From Vicugna vicugna (lineage: Eukaryota), in contig MU057651.1 of assembly GCA_013265495.1 (NCBI GenBank), positions 1,809,674-1,873,673 on the forward strand: a stretch of DNA of 64,000 bases, read 5' to 3'. The notes under the pieces were generated by a model. The model was not told the DNA's origin and did no database searches. It saw only the letters and a list, made by a program, of their open reading frames with translations. This document shows positions 52,208-64,000 of this stretch, in pieces (the stretch's first letter is position 1; every line of letters starts with the position of its first letter). Made by a program: the position numbers and the translations under genes.

Positions 52208-52760
52208 GCAGACACACCCCACAGATATTGCACATCCAGCCCCAGACCTCCACTGTAAAGTGAATATTCAATAAAGCAAGTCACATGGATTTTGGGGTTT
52301 CTCAATGCACATAAAGGCGATGCTTGACTGAAAAATTGTGCTGAACACTGGAATTTGACACAACACTGTAAAGTGATTATGAATCAATAAAAAATGTTAA
52401 GTGCACATAAAGGCGATGCTTACACTCTATGTATTCTGTTAAGCGTGAGACAGCATTATATCCAAAAAAATGAACATATATTAATTAAAAAAATACTTTA
52501 CTATTAAAAATTGCTGTCATTTCAGCCTTCAGTGAGTCCTAATATTTTTTCAATAGTGACATCAAAGATCATCATACAAAAATAATGAAAACATTGAAAT
52601 ATGATGAGACTTACCAAGTGTGACCTGGAGACACAAAGTGAGCAAATGCGGTCGGAAAAATGGCCCCGAGGGACTTGCTCAATGCAGGCTGCCAAAAACC
52701 TTCAGTTTGTAAAAAAAAAATGCAGAATCTTCAAAGTGCAATAAAATGAGATGGGCTTGG
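52208..52760 (-). mobile_element. Non-autonomous internally deleted Tigger1 derivative (Tigger1a-like)
   Basis: Both ends match the two ends of the Tigger1 copy at 58885-61185 and are joined near 52550, with no transposase region. Confidence 0.8.
52326..52401 (+). mobile_element. 76-bp L1 3'-terminal insert inside the Tigger1 derivative
   Basis: Matches the reverse complement of ~35780-35853; flanked by an identical 20-bp TSD tgcacataaaggcgatgctt (52306-52325, 52402-52421). Confidence 0.85.
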
Positions 52761-54533
52761 TTTCTCATTTGCAGTCAGAAAAAAAAAGTTTGCAGATAGA
52801 AGGAAAGGAATTTCCCAGCATAATTGCATTTAACTCAGAGAACCATGGGGGAAAGGCATCTCCCTTTGAGGAACACGTCCCAGTTCGGATTGATTCTTCC
52901 CAGTGACTTACCTTCATCAACGAGCAATCAGGCTTTTAGCCTAAGAGGGGTGTGCAGGTGCTTGAAAGCACCATGCTTCAGGGCAATGACTTCACGCACT
53001 TGTGGGTACGTTTTTAAATCTCAGAGGATGCAGACGGATCATGGGCGTTGGGTTTGGCGATGCCACTGAACACCTGGCATTCTGCATCCGTACCCAAAAA
53101 TACTGTAAAGAGGGTGGAGCCTCCGTCCTAGGGAGCGTGGTGGAGGAAACTGGAACTGTGGGAGGACAGGTGCCGGGCGTCAGGGAGGCAGAGATGCAGG
53201 CTTCAGTTCTGTGCTCGCCCGGAGCCCTTTGGGCAACCCGCACAAAATCTCTAGGTCCTGGTGTCCTTCTATCAAAACACTCAGGAAAAAAGTAATGTTC
53301 TGAGAGGGTCACTGAGCGATCTTGGACCCTGCTGGACTCTGAACTATGGTAGGGTTGGGGGCAAATTCCCTTTTTCTCCAAAGTAACCTTGGAGTTGTCA
53401 GTCTCAAAACCTCGGGGGTGGTGTCCCTGCCTTTAAACAGTTCATGAAGACACATGACAAACGGAGTATGTTTCTAACATTAACACATTTTCAGGAAAAA
53501 TGTGACTTTTTTTTTTGTTTCCTCATATCTCTTGTCCCTTGTTAAGTGTCAGACCTCCAGGTTCAAGCGATTTGAACACATTAACCAAGAAACAATGCAA
53601 TTCCATCATTTAAAATAAGCATCGGGACTGCAAGCAGCATCCTAAAATTGTCATGTGTTTTCCTACAAATGGCATTCTTATTCTTGGATCATTTGTGAGT
53701 CTGAATTCTGTATTTGCGCTTAATCGACTATTCCAAGAAATTTCGCTTCTTGCCACGTAAGCTTCACGTGATGGACGTAAAGACTGTGTTAAGCGGAAGG
53801 ATTTTAAACGTTGCCTTTGAATGTTGATATTGCTACAGATTTCTCACCAGCTCCAGTCATCTATGTTGTGTAGCCGTGTACGTTTTTAGCTACACCCCTG
53901 ATTATTTAAGACAAATTCCCTGAAGTGCAATTACCGAGTCCGGAATCTGAATCCCAGTCACAGGATACATCAGATACTTTGATGCAGGGCAGCAGACAGA
54001 CCGATGTTTTTCTTGTTTTTTTTTTTTTTTGATGTTTTTCTTGTTGAGCAAATTCCTACCAATGAATAATTCATAGCCCCTTGGTCGCCAGGAGGGAGAG
54101 TAATGCCACCGGGAAATAAAATACACGGGCAGCCTGGAAAGACGGGGTTTTCGGATGCGTCACTGGGGGTTGGAGAGAGGAATTTAAAATGAAAACTATT
54201 TAAAAAATATAAGTAAGTAAAGAAATGATTTTGTATCGCACAGGATTCCAACCAGAGAGGAAAGGGGGAGTGAAAGACGGGCCGGTGCTCAGAGCATCGC
54301 TAAGAACAGAAACCAGAAGACGGTCTATGGTGAGAAGCAGAGTGGAGCTGAGGGCGTCACCTGACAGTCTCAGTACTGGGGCTGGAAGCTGGAAACACTT
54401 GGTCTGGAGAAGGCTCGGCGGGGAGATGAGTTTTCACCGTCTCTGAGGAGGGGTCCCGTGCCTCTGGGGCGCGATGGGAGAAGCTGCAGGAGACGGGGCT
54501 CTGGGACCTGAGTGCAGACACACGTGCAGGAAT

Positions 54534-55000
54534 GGTTACAGAGAATAACAAACTTGACTCCTTGCTGGGTCTGTTTCTTTGACTTTAAACTTTGTAGCTA
54601 CTGCTTTTTCTACAAATCAAGCACGTTGCCCCTGAAGTGTACCCGCCAGCCCGCTGTCGAGACTCTGACCTGCCCGTTCATATAGAGATAAAAAGTTGCA
54701 CAACAGAGACTAAGATGTGTCCTGTTGGAGGTTTACAGGAAAATCATGACCTGACCTACAGGGACAGAACAAAGGACTCCGACACCAAGAAATCTGCAGC
54801 GATGGACCACACCCCCTCCCCTTTTAGTGTAAAAGGAGCCTGGATCCTGACTCAGGGGAGATGGATCTTTGGGACACTGGTCCACCATCTTCTCCTCTGC
54901 TGGCTTTCTGAATAAAGTCGCTATTCCTTGCCCCAGCAGCTCGTCCCTCAATTTATTGTCCTGTCCTGCAGCGGGCGGTATGAACTTGGACTCAGTAACA
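54534..55000 (+). mobile_element. ERV1-like solo LTR
   Basis: Ends ...cagtaaCA; AATAAA at 54911; flanks gaat/aaat are a possible 4-bp TSD; homologous to the 12152 copy. Confidence 0.82.
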
Positions 55001-56589
55001 AAATGAACCCGAGTGACTCCATCAGTGGGGCGACTCCAGGGCTCGCCAGGTGCCCAGTTAGAAAATTCTGGGGAGGCTCTCGAGGTAAAGCTGCAGGATT
55101 GGGCCATCTCATCAGGAGAGTCTGCGAAACACAGTTTGTCTGCTTATGCTACAGCGCTTCGCAGGGTGGACATTCCAAGTGACTTTGAACAGTTTGCAGG
55201 AGGCATAAAGGAGATTTGGCTCCAGCATGGAGAAGCCTACAGAGGAGGCGAGAGACAAGCAGAAAGGAGAGAGAGAGAGAGTGAGGATGCATGAAATCAA
55301 AGCGACATCCATTCCTCTCCTTCTGCTTACACTCCAGGGACTGCAGACGGATCCGCCCCGCAGCATGGACTTGCTTCTAGAATGTTCTGTCGCTCTGTTC
55401 CTGTCAAGCCACAGTGCATGGGGTTCCCCACATCAGAACGGCTCCCAGCTCTTCCTCCAAGGAGACGTGGCCTCTGCACAAGGTTACCAGTCATTCTGGA
55501 TCGCCCTGTTTACAGTGAAAGGGAGGCATTCAATCATGAGGACTTATTAGAAAGACACACACGCACAAGAGAACTTACTGGGGGTGAGGAGAGATCTTGA
55601 ACAGCTGTCACAGAATAAATGGGCGTTGGACAGCACTGTCCCAGGCCCCTGTTTCTTCTGGAAAGACCCTAGCACACTGCCTTCTGGGGTCCACTCCCCA
55701 CTTAAAAAATGAGAGAATGACCTACAAAAAGCTCTAACATTTCTCCAATCCGCAAACGTGCGTGAAGACGAGAGAGGCCACACGACACACTCTGTTTTAA
55801 AAACTCTCCTAATGGTTTTCCGAAGGGTGATACAGCCAGAAATGAAAGCGTGTGAATAACAGAAGTGAAAACCTTCAACGAAATAAGAAGCAGAAATGCC
55901 ACACACACACAAAAAAACTTTCATAGCGCTGTTGTTTTCCTCCCGTTAAAATAAGTTTTTTCCATTGCATTGTATTTTAATCAAAATTACCCTTGGGGAC
56001 TGAAATGAAGCCACCAGACTGTAGTCAGTTTATTTTTCCAAGCCAGGGGACCAGGCTAGTTTCCAAGCAATTTTGTTTCGTTTTGGTATCTTGCTGCGTC
56101 ATGTCACGTATCCGAGATGCAATTAAAAATGAGATTATCTGTAACCACGTCACCTGAGCAGTATATATTTAAAATGCAAGGGTTCTTTTCTGGAACTTCA
56201 CTAATTCAAAGAATACAGTGTAGCAATGGTAGCTAAGTGATATGCATTAAAAATTAAACCTTAAGATTTGCTGAGGATTCAGCCAGGGAGGAATGGGGTT
56301 TGCAAGCATGCATGCAGAATGAGCAGGATGCATGGTCACCTTGGCACCTGGGAAAGAAAGTCTTTTCCTAAAAAAAAGGATGCTCAGCTCATCTCACCCT
56401 CTCAAAACAGAAACCTCTGACTGCAGGGGCCAGAGCGGGGGTGGGACTTGCTCAGTGATCTGAGCCAAAACCTGACGGGCTCCTTCAACGTGTAAGCAGC
56501 TCACAGCTGGGGTTCTCAGGAGGAGAAGAGCTCACACTGGGAAGCTAACGACATTCATTTGCTTAAACTACCACCTTGAGCATCATATA

Positions 56590-56814
56590 TATTTTTAAAC
56601 TTTTTTTTATTAAGTTATAGTCATTTTGCAATGCTGTGTCAGATTCCAGTGCAGAGCACAATTTTTCAGTTACACAGGAACATGCATATATTCATTGTCA
56701 CATTCTTTTTCACCGTGAGCTACCACGAGACCTTGTATATATTTCCCTGTGCTCTACAGGATAATCTTGTTTATCTATTCTGCATGTGCCTGTCAGTATC
56801 TACAATTTTTGAAC
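56590..56814 (-). mobile_element. Young L1 3' end
   Basis: Same 3' end type as 35754-35935. Confidence 0.8.
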
Positions 56815-57099
56815 AGACTGGGATTTCAAAATTTGAGCATCATATTTACACCCAGCTACGGAGAATGTGGAGCCACGTCATTCACCAGGCGCAGTTCTTC
56901 ATTTAGGAGCTGGTGAGACACTCTCCGGGGACGGCCGTGCGAAGGGGCCCGTCTCTTGGGGGGCGGTCTTTGCTTGAAGATGTCTGACTCCCTGCAGTTT
57001 CTTATCTCAGAGGCCCACCTTGTTCTTAGGTCCATGAGTCTGCTCAAGGTTGTGTGTGTGTGTGTGTCTGCAACCACAATCGAGGGTCTCATCCGGCGT

Positions 57100-57493
57100 T
57101 CACTGTCGTCAATGTGGGTGAGACCTGGGAGTTGTGAGCGCAGGAGCGTCTGTCCCTGTGGACGTAGCATGTGAATGGAAGCTCTCTGAGATGCGTTGTT
57201 CCGTGTTCACGGCGGCTTCCGCAGGGCAGCCATGATCACTTTTTCGCTTCATTTCCAGCACATCTCCCCTCTCTGGACAAGAGGGGAGGAGTGGGGCTGA
57301 AAAGCCGAAGCTTCTAACCATGACATGGTCTTTCTGGTGACCAGCCCCCCATCCAGAAGCTCACCTAGCATTGCCTCTTTAGGACACGAGATGGTCCTAG
57401 TCATTGCATCATTTAGGACATTATGAGAGCTTCAGGAGCTCGGTGCCAGGGACCACGAGCAGAGACCAACATGCATTTTTTTATTATCTCACG
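57100..57493 (-). mobile_element. MER21-like LTR relic
   Basis: gtggggctgaaaa...ctggtgaccagcccccatcc...ggagctcggtgccagggacc...ttattatctcac. Confidence 0.65.
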
Positions 57494-58884
57494 ATGGTGA
57501 GATATAAGCTTTGCTGAAGAAAATAAAAGAAGTACATCTTGAGACATAGAGGGTTTAAGTCACCTCCAAATAAAACACCCATTTGGAGCTTCCCAGGAGA
57601 AACTTGAGCTAAATATTAAAAAAAAAAATTTTTAAATACATCCAGTAACTCAATGCACAGAAGTAAATGAAAAATAATAAAAAATACAGTGTATAGTAAA
57701 AATAAATGTGCTTTTAGGGGCAGTGATATCTAAGTATGAGTTAGAAAAAGAAAAAGGATTCTACAAAGAGTGTGCTGGGAAATGCTGGGCAAAAGTTACA
57801 AGAAAAATCGCAAGTGTAGTTTGTCTTGAAGGTCAAGGGAAAATGAGAACTTTGAGAAAGAATAATTTAAAAAAAAATTGTAGCCAAGATGGGATTTAAA
57901 AGGTGTATTGATTTTAGTAACTATTATACCGATGAATAAATAAAAGTAATAAGAAATGCGGACTCAGCCTTGGCTTAAATGAATGAACAATTCAGCGTCA
58001 GCGATATCATTATTATTAAAACTACTTAAATCCAAGTGTAAGGGGAAAACATTTGCAGCAATCTTCCAGCCATACAACTTGCCTTCTGTCCGTGGTGTGA
58101 TTTCTTAAGTTTGTATGTTTAAAATTTTTTCTAAGCGCCACGGTAGGTGAGGGCATGCCAATCTGAAGGTCAAATATAAATTGCTCTTTACAATATAGGG
58201 CAAAACCATCTGAAATTGGATGGACATTTACTCTCCTTGAGGAAGGAGGCAACACGGGGCAGCCCCAGCCACTTACTGCGTAACAAGTGACCAGCCGTTT
58301 TAGCACAATCTTTGCGAGGATTTCCTGGGAAAGTCCGACCTGGCTTGGCCTCCCTCCTCCGGGCTGGGCTTTACTCCTCAAAGAGCCAAATGGGTCTCTT
58401 CTTTTCAATCTTTTGGGCAAGGATGCTCTCTGAACAGTGCACAGAGCTTCTAAGGTTGGACTGGCTTTTAGGTTTTGAAATTCAGGGTCAAGGACACAAA
58501 GGATCTGTCCTTGGTCCTGAGCTGCTGAGGTCATGTGGTCAAGCAGGACTCGCAGCTACAAAGTGTCAGCTTTGCTCAGAATCCACTGAGGACTTCGAAA
58601 GGATTCATGACGGTGATGTTCAGAATTCAGAAGGGAAGTGCACTATGACAGGCATTTTACGTTCAAAGGTAACCTAATTTTTCTTGAAACTAGGTTAACA
58701 CAGGGACATAAACCTGGAAGAAAATTTATTTTTGATCTACCTTTTTAACTGTGATGAGACCGGTGACCAGCTACTAAAATTTCAGGCTATAAAACTTTTC
58801 TATCACGACGTACTGGAGTCTCAAATCTCAATTGAATTTCGTCTCCACCATGGATTGACTTGATGATTTGGGGTCGAGATATAG

Positions 58885-61185
58885 GAATTTTTGGTTTTCC
58901 AGCGTGTATGAAAGTCTATTAACTGTGCAATAACATATTGTCAAAAGAAGCAGTGTACACACATTAATTAAAGTATGCTTTATTGCTTAAAAAATGCCAA
59001 CCATCATCTGAGCCTTCAAGGGGTCGTAATGCTTTTGCTGGCGGAGGATCTTGCTTCATGCTGCTGTTGGCTGATCAGGGTGGTTGTTGCTGAAAGTTGG
59101 GGAGGCTGTGAACGTTTATTAAGACAACAGTAAAGTTTGCCACATGGATTGGCTCTTTCTTTCATGAAGAGTTCTCTGGGTCAAGCAATGCTGATTGAGA
59201 GCGTTTACTTACACAAGAACTTCTTTCAAAACTGGCGCCAGTCCTCTCAAACCCTGCCACTGCTTTATCAACTAAGTTCATGTCATATTCTAAACGCTTT
59301 GTTGTCATCTCAACAGTCAACTTCACCAGAAGGAGGATCATCTCACGAAACCACTTTCTTTGCTCATCCATAAGAAGCAACTCCTCCCCTGCAAAATTTT
59401 TATCATGAGATGGAAGGCATTCGGTCCCACATTTCACTTACTATTTTGACCACATCTGCCGTTGTATCCTCCCCAGAAGCCTCCAATCCCTGAAAGTCAT
59501 CCATGAGATTTACATCAGCTCCCTCCAGACTAATATTATGTTGACGTGCTCCCATGAACCATAAGTGTTCTTAATGACATCTGGAATGGTGAGTCGTTTC
59601 CAGAAGGTTTTCAAGTGGCTTTGCCCAGATCCACCAGGGGAATCACTGTCTATGGGAGAAATAGCCTTATGAAATATATTTATTAAATAATAAGACTTAA
59701 AAGTCAAAATGACTCTTTGATGCAGTAGCTGCAGAATGGACATTGTGTGAGCAGGTGTGAAAACCACATGAATCTCATCGTGCGTTTCCATCAGAGCTCT
59801 TGAGTGACCAGGTGCCTTGTCAATGAGCAGTCATATTTTTTTTCCCCCCTGAGCCGTAGGTCTCAACAGTGGACTTAAAAAATTTGCTAAAACATGCTGT
59901 GAAGAGATGTGCTGTCATCCAGGCTTTATTGTTCCAATCACAGAGAAGTGGGCTTTAGGATTTTTCAGAATAATAAATGAGCACTGGTTTCAACTTAAAG
60001 TCACCAGCTGGAATCGCCCCTGACAAGAGAACTGTCCTTTGAAGCTTTGAAGCCGGTCATTGACTTCTCCTCTCCACCTATGGAAGTGCCAGCTGGCATC
60101 TCCTTCCAGCAGAAGGAGCTTCATCCACATGGAGAACCCACTGCTCAATGCAGCACCTGAATGAGTGATCTGACTTGTCCTCTCCAGCTATGGACGTCCC
60201 AGCTGGCATCTCCTTCCAGCAGAAGGCGCTTCATCCACATGGAGAGCCTGCTGCTCAGTGCAGCACCTGCGTGAGTGATCTGAGCTGTGTCTCCTGGGGA
60301 CCCTGCTGCCACCCCCACGTCACACCTGCAGATTCACCTGCACTTTGATGTCATGGAGACGGCTTCTCTCCTTCAACCTCACGAACCATCCTCTGCTGGC
60401 TGCAGACTTTTCTTCTGCAGCCTCCTCACCTCGCTAAGCCCTCAAAGAACTGCGGAGAGTCAGGGCCTGGCTCTGGATGAGGCTTTGTCTGGAGGGGACC
60501 TTGGGGCTGGTTTGATCTGCTACTAACACCACTCAGACTTTCTCCATGCCAGCAACAAGCCTATTTGACTTTCTTGTCACTTGTGTGTTTACTGAAGTAG
60601 CCTGCTTAACTCCTTCCAAGAATGCTTTCTTTGATTCACAATTTGACTATTTGGCACAAAAGGCCCAGCTTTTGACCTCTCTCATCATGCCTTCCTCACT
60701 GTACTTAAACACTTCTACTTTTTTATTTAAAATGAGAGATGGGTGACTCTTCCTTCCACTTGAACACCTGAGGGCATTGTAAGGATATCAGCTGGCCCAG
60801 TTTCAATATTGTCGTGTCTCAGGGAAAAGGGAGGCCCAAGAAGAGCTGGGGAGTTGAGGGAATGGTTGGTCAGTAAAGCATTCAGAACGCACACACACTC
60901 TTTTTGATTAAGTTCAAACTCTTATGTAGATGTGGTACGTGGCCCCTAAAACAATTGCAGTGGCAACACCAAACATCACCGATCACAAATCACTGCAATG
61001 AATATAATAGTAATTAAAAAGCTTTAAATATTGCAAGAATTGCCAAAATGTGCCAAAGACATGACGGGATCCAACGCTGTTGGGGAAAATGGTACCAATA
61101 GTGTTACTTGACTCAAGGTTGCCACAAAAAGTTAGAAAAAAAAAAAAGCACAGTATCTGCAAATTTCAATAAGCAAAGAACAATA
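58885..61185 (-). mobile_element. Near full-length Tigger1 DNA transposon with decayed transposase
   Basis: Minus-strand ORF remnants 59510-59791 (VVFTPAHTMSILQLLHQRVILTFKSYYL...LKTFWK) and 59162-59437 (VEMTTKRLEYDMNLVDKAVAGFER) are Tigger1/pogo transposase-like; subterminal sequences at both ends. Confidence 0.9.
60061..60280. repeat. 110-bp tandem duplication within Tigger1
   Basis: 60061-60170 and 60171-60280 align end to end with scattered substitutions. Confidence 0.92.
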
Positions 61186-62379
61186 ATCAAAAAACCAAAA
61201 AGAAATTAAAGGCTTCCACACAGAAGGGAGACACATCACTTCTGCTCTCATTTCGTTGGCCAAAGCAAGTCGTATGCCTACGTCAATATCCAGTAAATGA
61301 GTGGATGGGTGAGTTCCATCGGGCCACAGTCACTGGGGGGCTGAATGCTGCTCGCTGAGACGGATGCCCTTCACACTGTACCCTCTGCCCCACTGCACTG
61401 AAGTTCATATAAATGTGCAGGTAGAGTTCGTTACCAAAAAGAATGCAGTCTTATTTACAGCCCATCAAGACGCCCTTGCAGTCCAGCCTAGGTTTCCCGG
61501 TGGCTGTAGGGCATTTGCTGGCTCTGGAAGCTTTCTCTCACTTTTCTGTCCTGTGCTGCATTCACACCAGAGTCTAGCTCATTCTGGAAGCCTTTTCTGT
61601 GGTCCTTGGAGACAAGCTGGTCTTTGGAACCAGGTTGGGAAGACACACTGTCTTTGCCTTTCATGGTTGGGGCCTGAGATGGTGAATCTTCACGTTTTGA
61701 GATGGGAGTACTCTCTGCACAAGCGTTCGCCATGGTCACAGCACCACACTGTGCGGTTATGTAAATGTTAGGGATGGGCACTGAGCAAGGGGCAGAGAGG
61801 AGAAGGAACCTCTGAGTCCCCTGTATTCCGTTTGAGAGAAAATCAGATGTCTCTGAAAGTCCTTTATTAAATTGCATTCAACTTTCTATGAGCTCCTGTT
61901 ATTTGAAGAGTGCTCTCTCTCTGAAGCAGAACATGGGGGACTGTCCCGGCAAAACAGTGCCAGGGACACTGTCGAGCGCCCTCTGCGCCAAGGCAAGCCT
62001 TTTAATCCTCCATGTGGAAGCCCCCCGTGGCTTCACCCTGTCCTGGACTCTGTGCTGGACTCTAAAGTTTTAATGAGCGCTCCCTTGGGAACAGGCCTAT
62101 TTGGAGATGGGAAGAAACGACTCCAACGGCAGTAACTCCATGCCTGGCATTGGCAGTAGGTCTCGCACAAAATGATGTCAGTGATTCTGTGTCATCTGTT
62201 TGTAGTCTGACTGCCAGAACTTTACTGTCCCGTCTTTAGTTACTCACCACTTAAACTTCCTAAAAGACTAGGTTAGTAAGTATCCCAAGATGGATATTAG
62301 TGAGAAAAACATACAGCCCAGACAGGGTCTTGGATGTCAAAAAATATAAAGTGATAAATAAACATATGGAAATGGAAAC

Positions 62380-62875
62380 TTATAAGAATTCAAATGATGA
62401 ACATTATAACCACAGTATACATTTTTACCCTCATGGTAATTTAAAAAAAAATGATAGTATCTACCTTTGAAAAAATGTGGTCAAATAGATAAACATGCTG
62501 TAGAGGTAAATTTCAATATTTATCAAACATGATAAAAATATTCATACTTTTGATAATAAATTTTCACTGTTTGAGGTTTCATTGTGGGGAATTGCATACA
62601 CAAAAAGGAAGGGCAAAGATTATATACATTTAAACATCGTGGAAAGGTTAATTAAAATATGGGACATCCACACAGGGAAAAATTTTGTGGTTGTTAAAAT
62701 AAAACTATGACTTAAGAAGTATTCACGTCTTATAGTCAAGGAACATGCAAGGGTTTACTATGACAATGCTGAGTGTAGCGTGAATGCTACATGCCTCTTT
62801 AGGCATTCGATCTTCTCCCCAAACTTTCTACAAAAATCATGTACTATTTTTAGGGTCAGAAAAATTTTATTATGG
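62380..62875 (+). mobile_element. Ancient L1ME-like 3' relic
   Basis: A-rich degenerate sequence ending aaactttctacaaaaatcatgtactatttttagggtcagaaaaa. Confidence 0.45.
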
Positions 62876-63059
62876 TGCCAACAAAGCATTCTGACGTGAC
62901 TTCGATACTGTAGGAAATGATCAAATCATTTTGTGCAGGACCTTTATTTGCTCAGCTGGACTTAGGACAATTTCTCATGTGGGAGAATCATACTGCAGGG
63001 TGACTTTGCTGGCAAATTCTTTTCAATGCATTTGGGAAGAGCTGGGCATATTTTCCAAA

Positions 63060-63279
63060 ACCAAGAAGTTTGCAACAACCAGCCACACCCCCTCCCTGCT
63101 TTTCGTATAAAAGGAGCCTGAATTCTGACTCGGGGAAGATGGTTCTCCAGGACATGAGTCCCCCGTCTTCTCCATCTGCTGACTTTCCAAATAAAGTCGC
63201 TCTTCCCCGCCCCAACACCTCGTCTCCCGATTTACTGGCCTGTCATGTGGTGAGCGGAACGAGTGTGGACTTGGTAACA
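63060..63279 (+). mobile_element. 5'-truncated ERV1-like LTR
   Basis: TATAAAA, AATAAA and ...ttggtaaCA end; close match to the reverse complement of 12152-12365. Confidence 0.82.
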
Positions 63280-64000
63280 CGTGGAGAAAATAGGTAAATA
63301 AAAGCAAGACAGTCATCACAAAAAAACATTTTTTCTGTGTGGACCCCACATACAGCATTCTTCTATTTCCCCCTGCTGATCAGAATAATTCAAGAGGCTA
63401 ATAATGCTATCCTGGAAGTCTAAATTAAAAAAAATTTAAACACCTAGTTTTTTCCTCCTGATATATCATGATAGAAAATGGGCATTTGAAATCTTCTGAA
63501 GAGACTCCCTAAGGTGATTGCCTTTCAAGGCATCGACAAGTCATGAGCAAGACCCATTAGGAACCACTGAGAAGACGGTCATTGGGGAACCAGCTCCAAG
63601 TTAAATTAGCTGCTGGTGAATATTGGAATTTAATTTTTCCTTACTGCAAAAGCTGCTAGAAGATTCAGGAAAAATTGAGCAGGGTCACAGAGCTGAGCAA
63701 AACATCCCAGTTTCCCTGACACCAGCTTTAGCCTTGCTTGAATATTTTCTGGTCTAATAGAACATAATATCCGAACGGGGTCAGCAGGGGTACACACCTT
63801 TTCCAACTGCATTTCTGTTCACATTTATGAGGTCTAAGTATAATAAAAAAAAATACTGTAGCTTGAATTCCAAAAACATTTGTATTGCTGATATGGCCTA
63901 AAACTTTTCAGCTAATTGGAAAACTGTACCTTCAAAAGACGTGAAGTTAATACATATATAACACATAGAAGTATGCTGTTTTTTTGGGGGGTTTTTCCTT

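Noticed and set aside
59162..59791. Domesticated TIGD-type transposase gene
   Set aside because: Broken into short frames within a decayed Tigger1 copy.
54534..63279. Provirus bounded by two same-strand LTRs ~8.7 kb apart
   Set aside because: The interior holds L1, MER21-like and Tigger1 pieces, not gag/pol/env; no PBS is evident after 55000; the LTRs are diverged and the first has its own probable TSD.
1..64000. Novel prokaryote-type system (CRISPR array, operon, defence or retron locus)
   Set aside because: The sequence is intron-containing mammalian DNA full of SINE/LINE/LTR repeats; there is no repeat-spacer array or dense ORF cluster.

Overview
Mammalian nuclear genomic DNA, almost certainly a camelid (camel/alpaca/llama), judged from five tRNA-derived SINEs of the Vic-1 type. 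The first ~7.4 kb holds the last three coding exons and 3' UTR of ABCA13 on the + strand (exons 3700-3811, 5158-5295, 5919-6014; spliced C-terminus ...FGEGCTVKVWL...[21 protein letters not shown]...HLPI*). The remaining ~56 kb has no protein-coding gene I can support. It is a repeat-rich intergenic region: many 5'-truncated L1 3' ends (two with twin-priming inversions), four LTRs of one ERV1-like family, MaLR/ERVL LTR relics, a near full-length Tigger1 and an internally deleted Tigger1 derivative, MIR/L2/MER5 relics, complex microsatellites, tandem duplications and candidate non-coding regulatory blocks. I found no prokaryote-type system (CRISPR, operon, defence island) and no convincing novel gene system. 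The most interesting signals are an altered conserved ABCA motif, unusually GC/CpG-rich decayed repeats, atypical retrotransposition products and a homeodomain-motif-dense block. Repeat family names come from my recall of consensus sequences, not a database search; repeat boundaries without TSDs are approximate.
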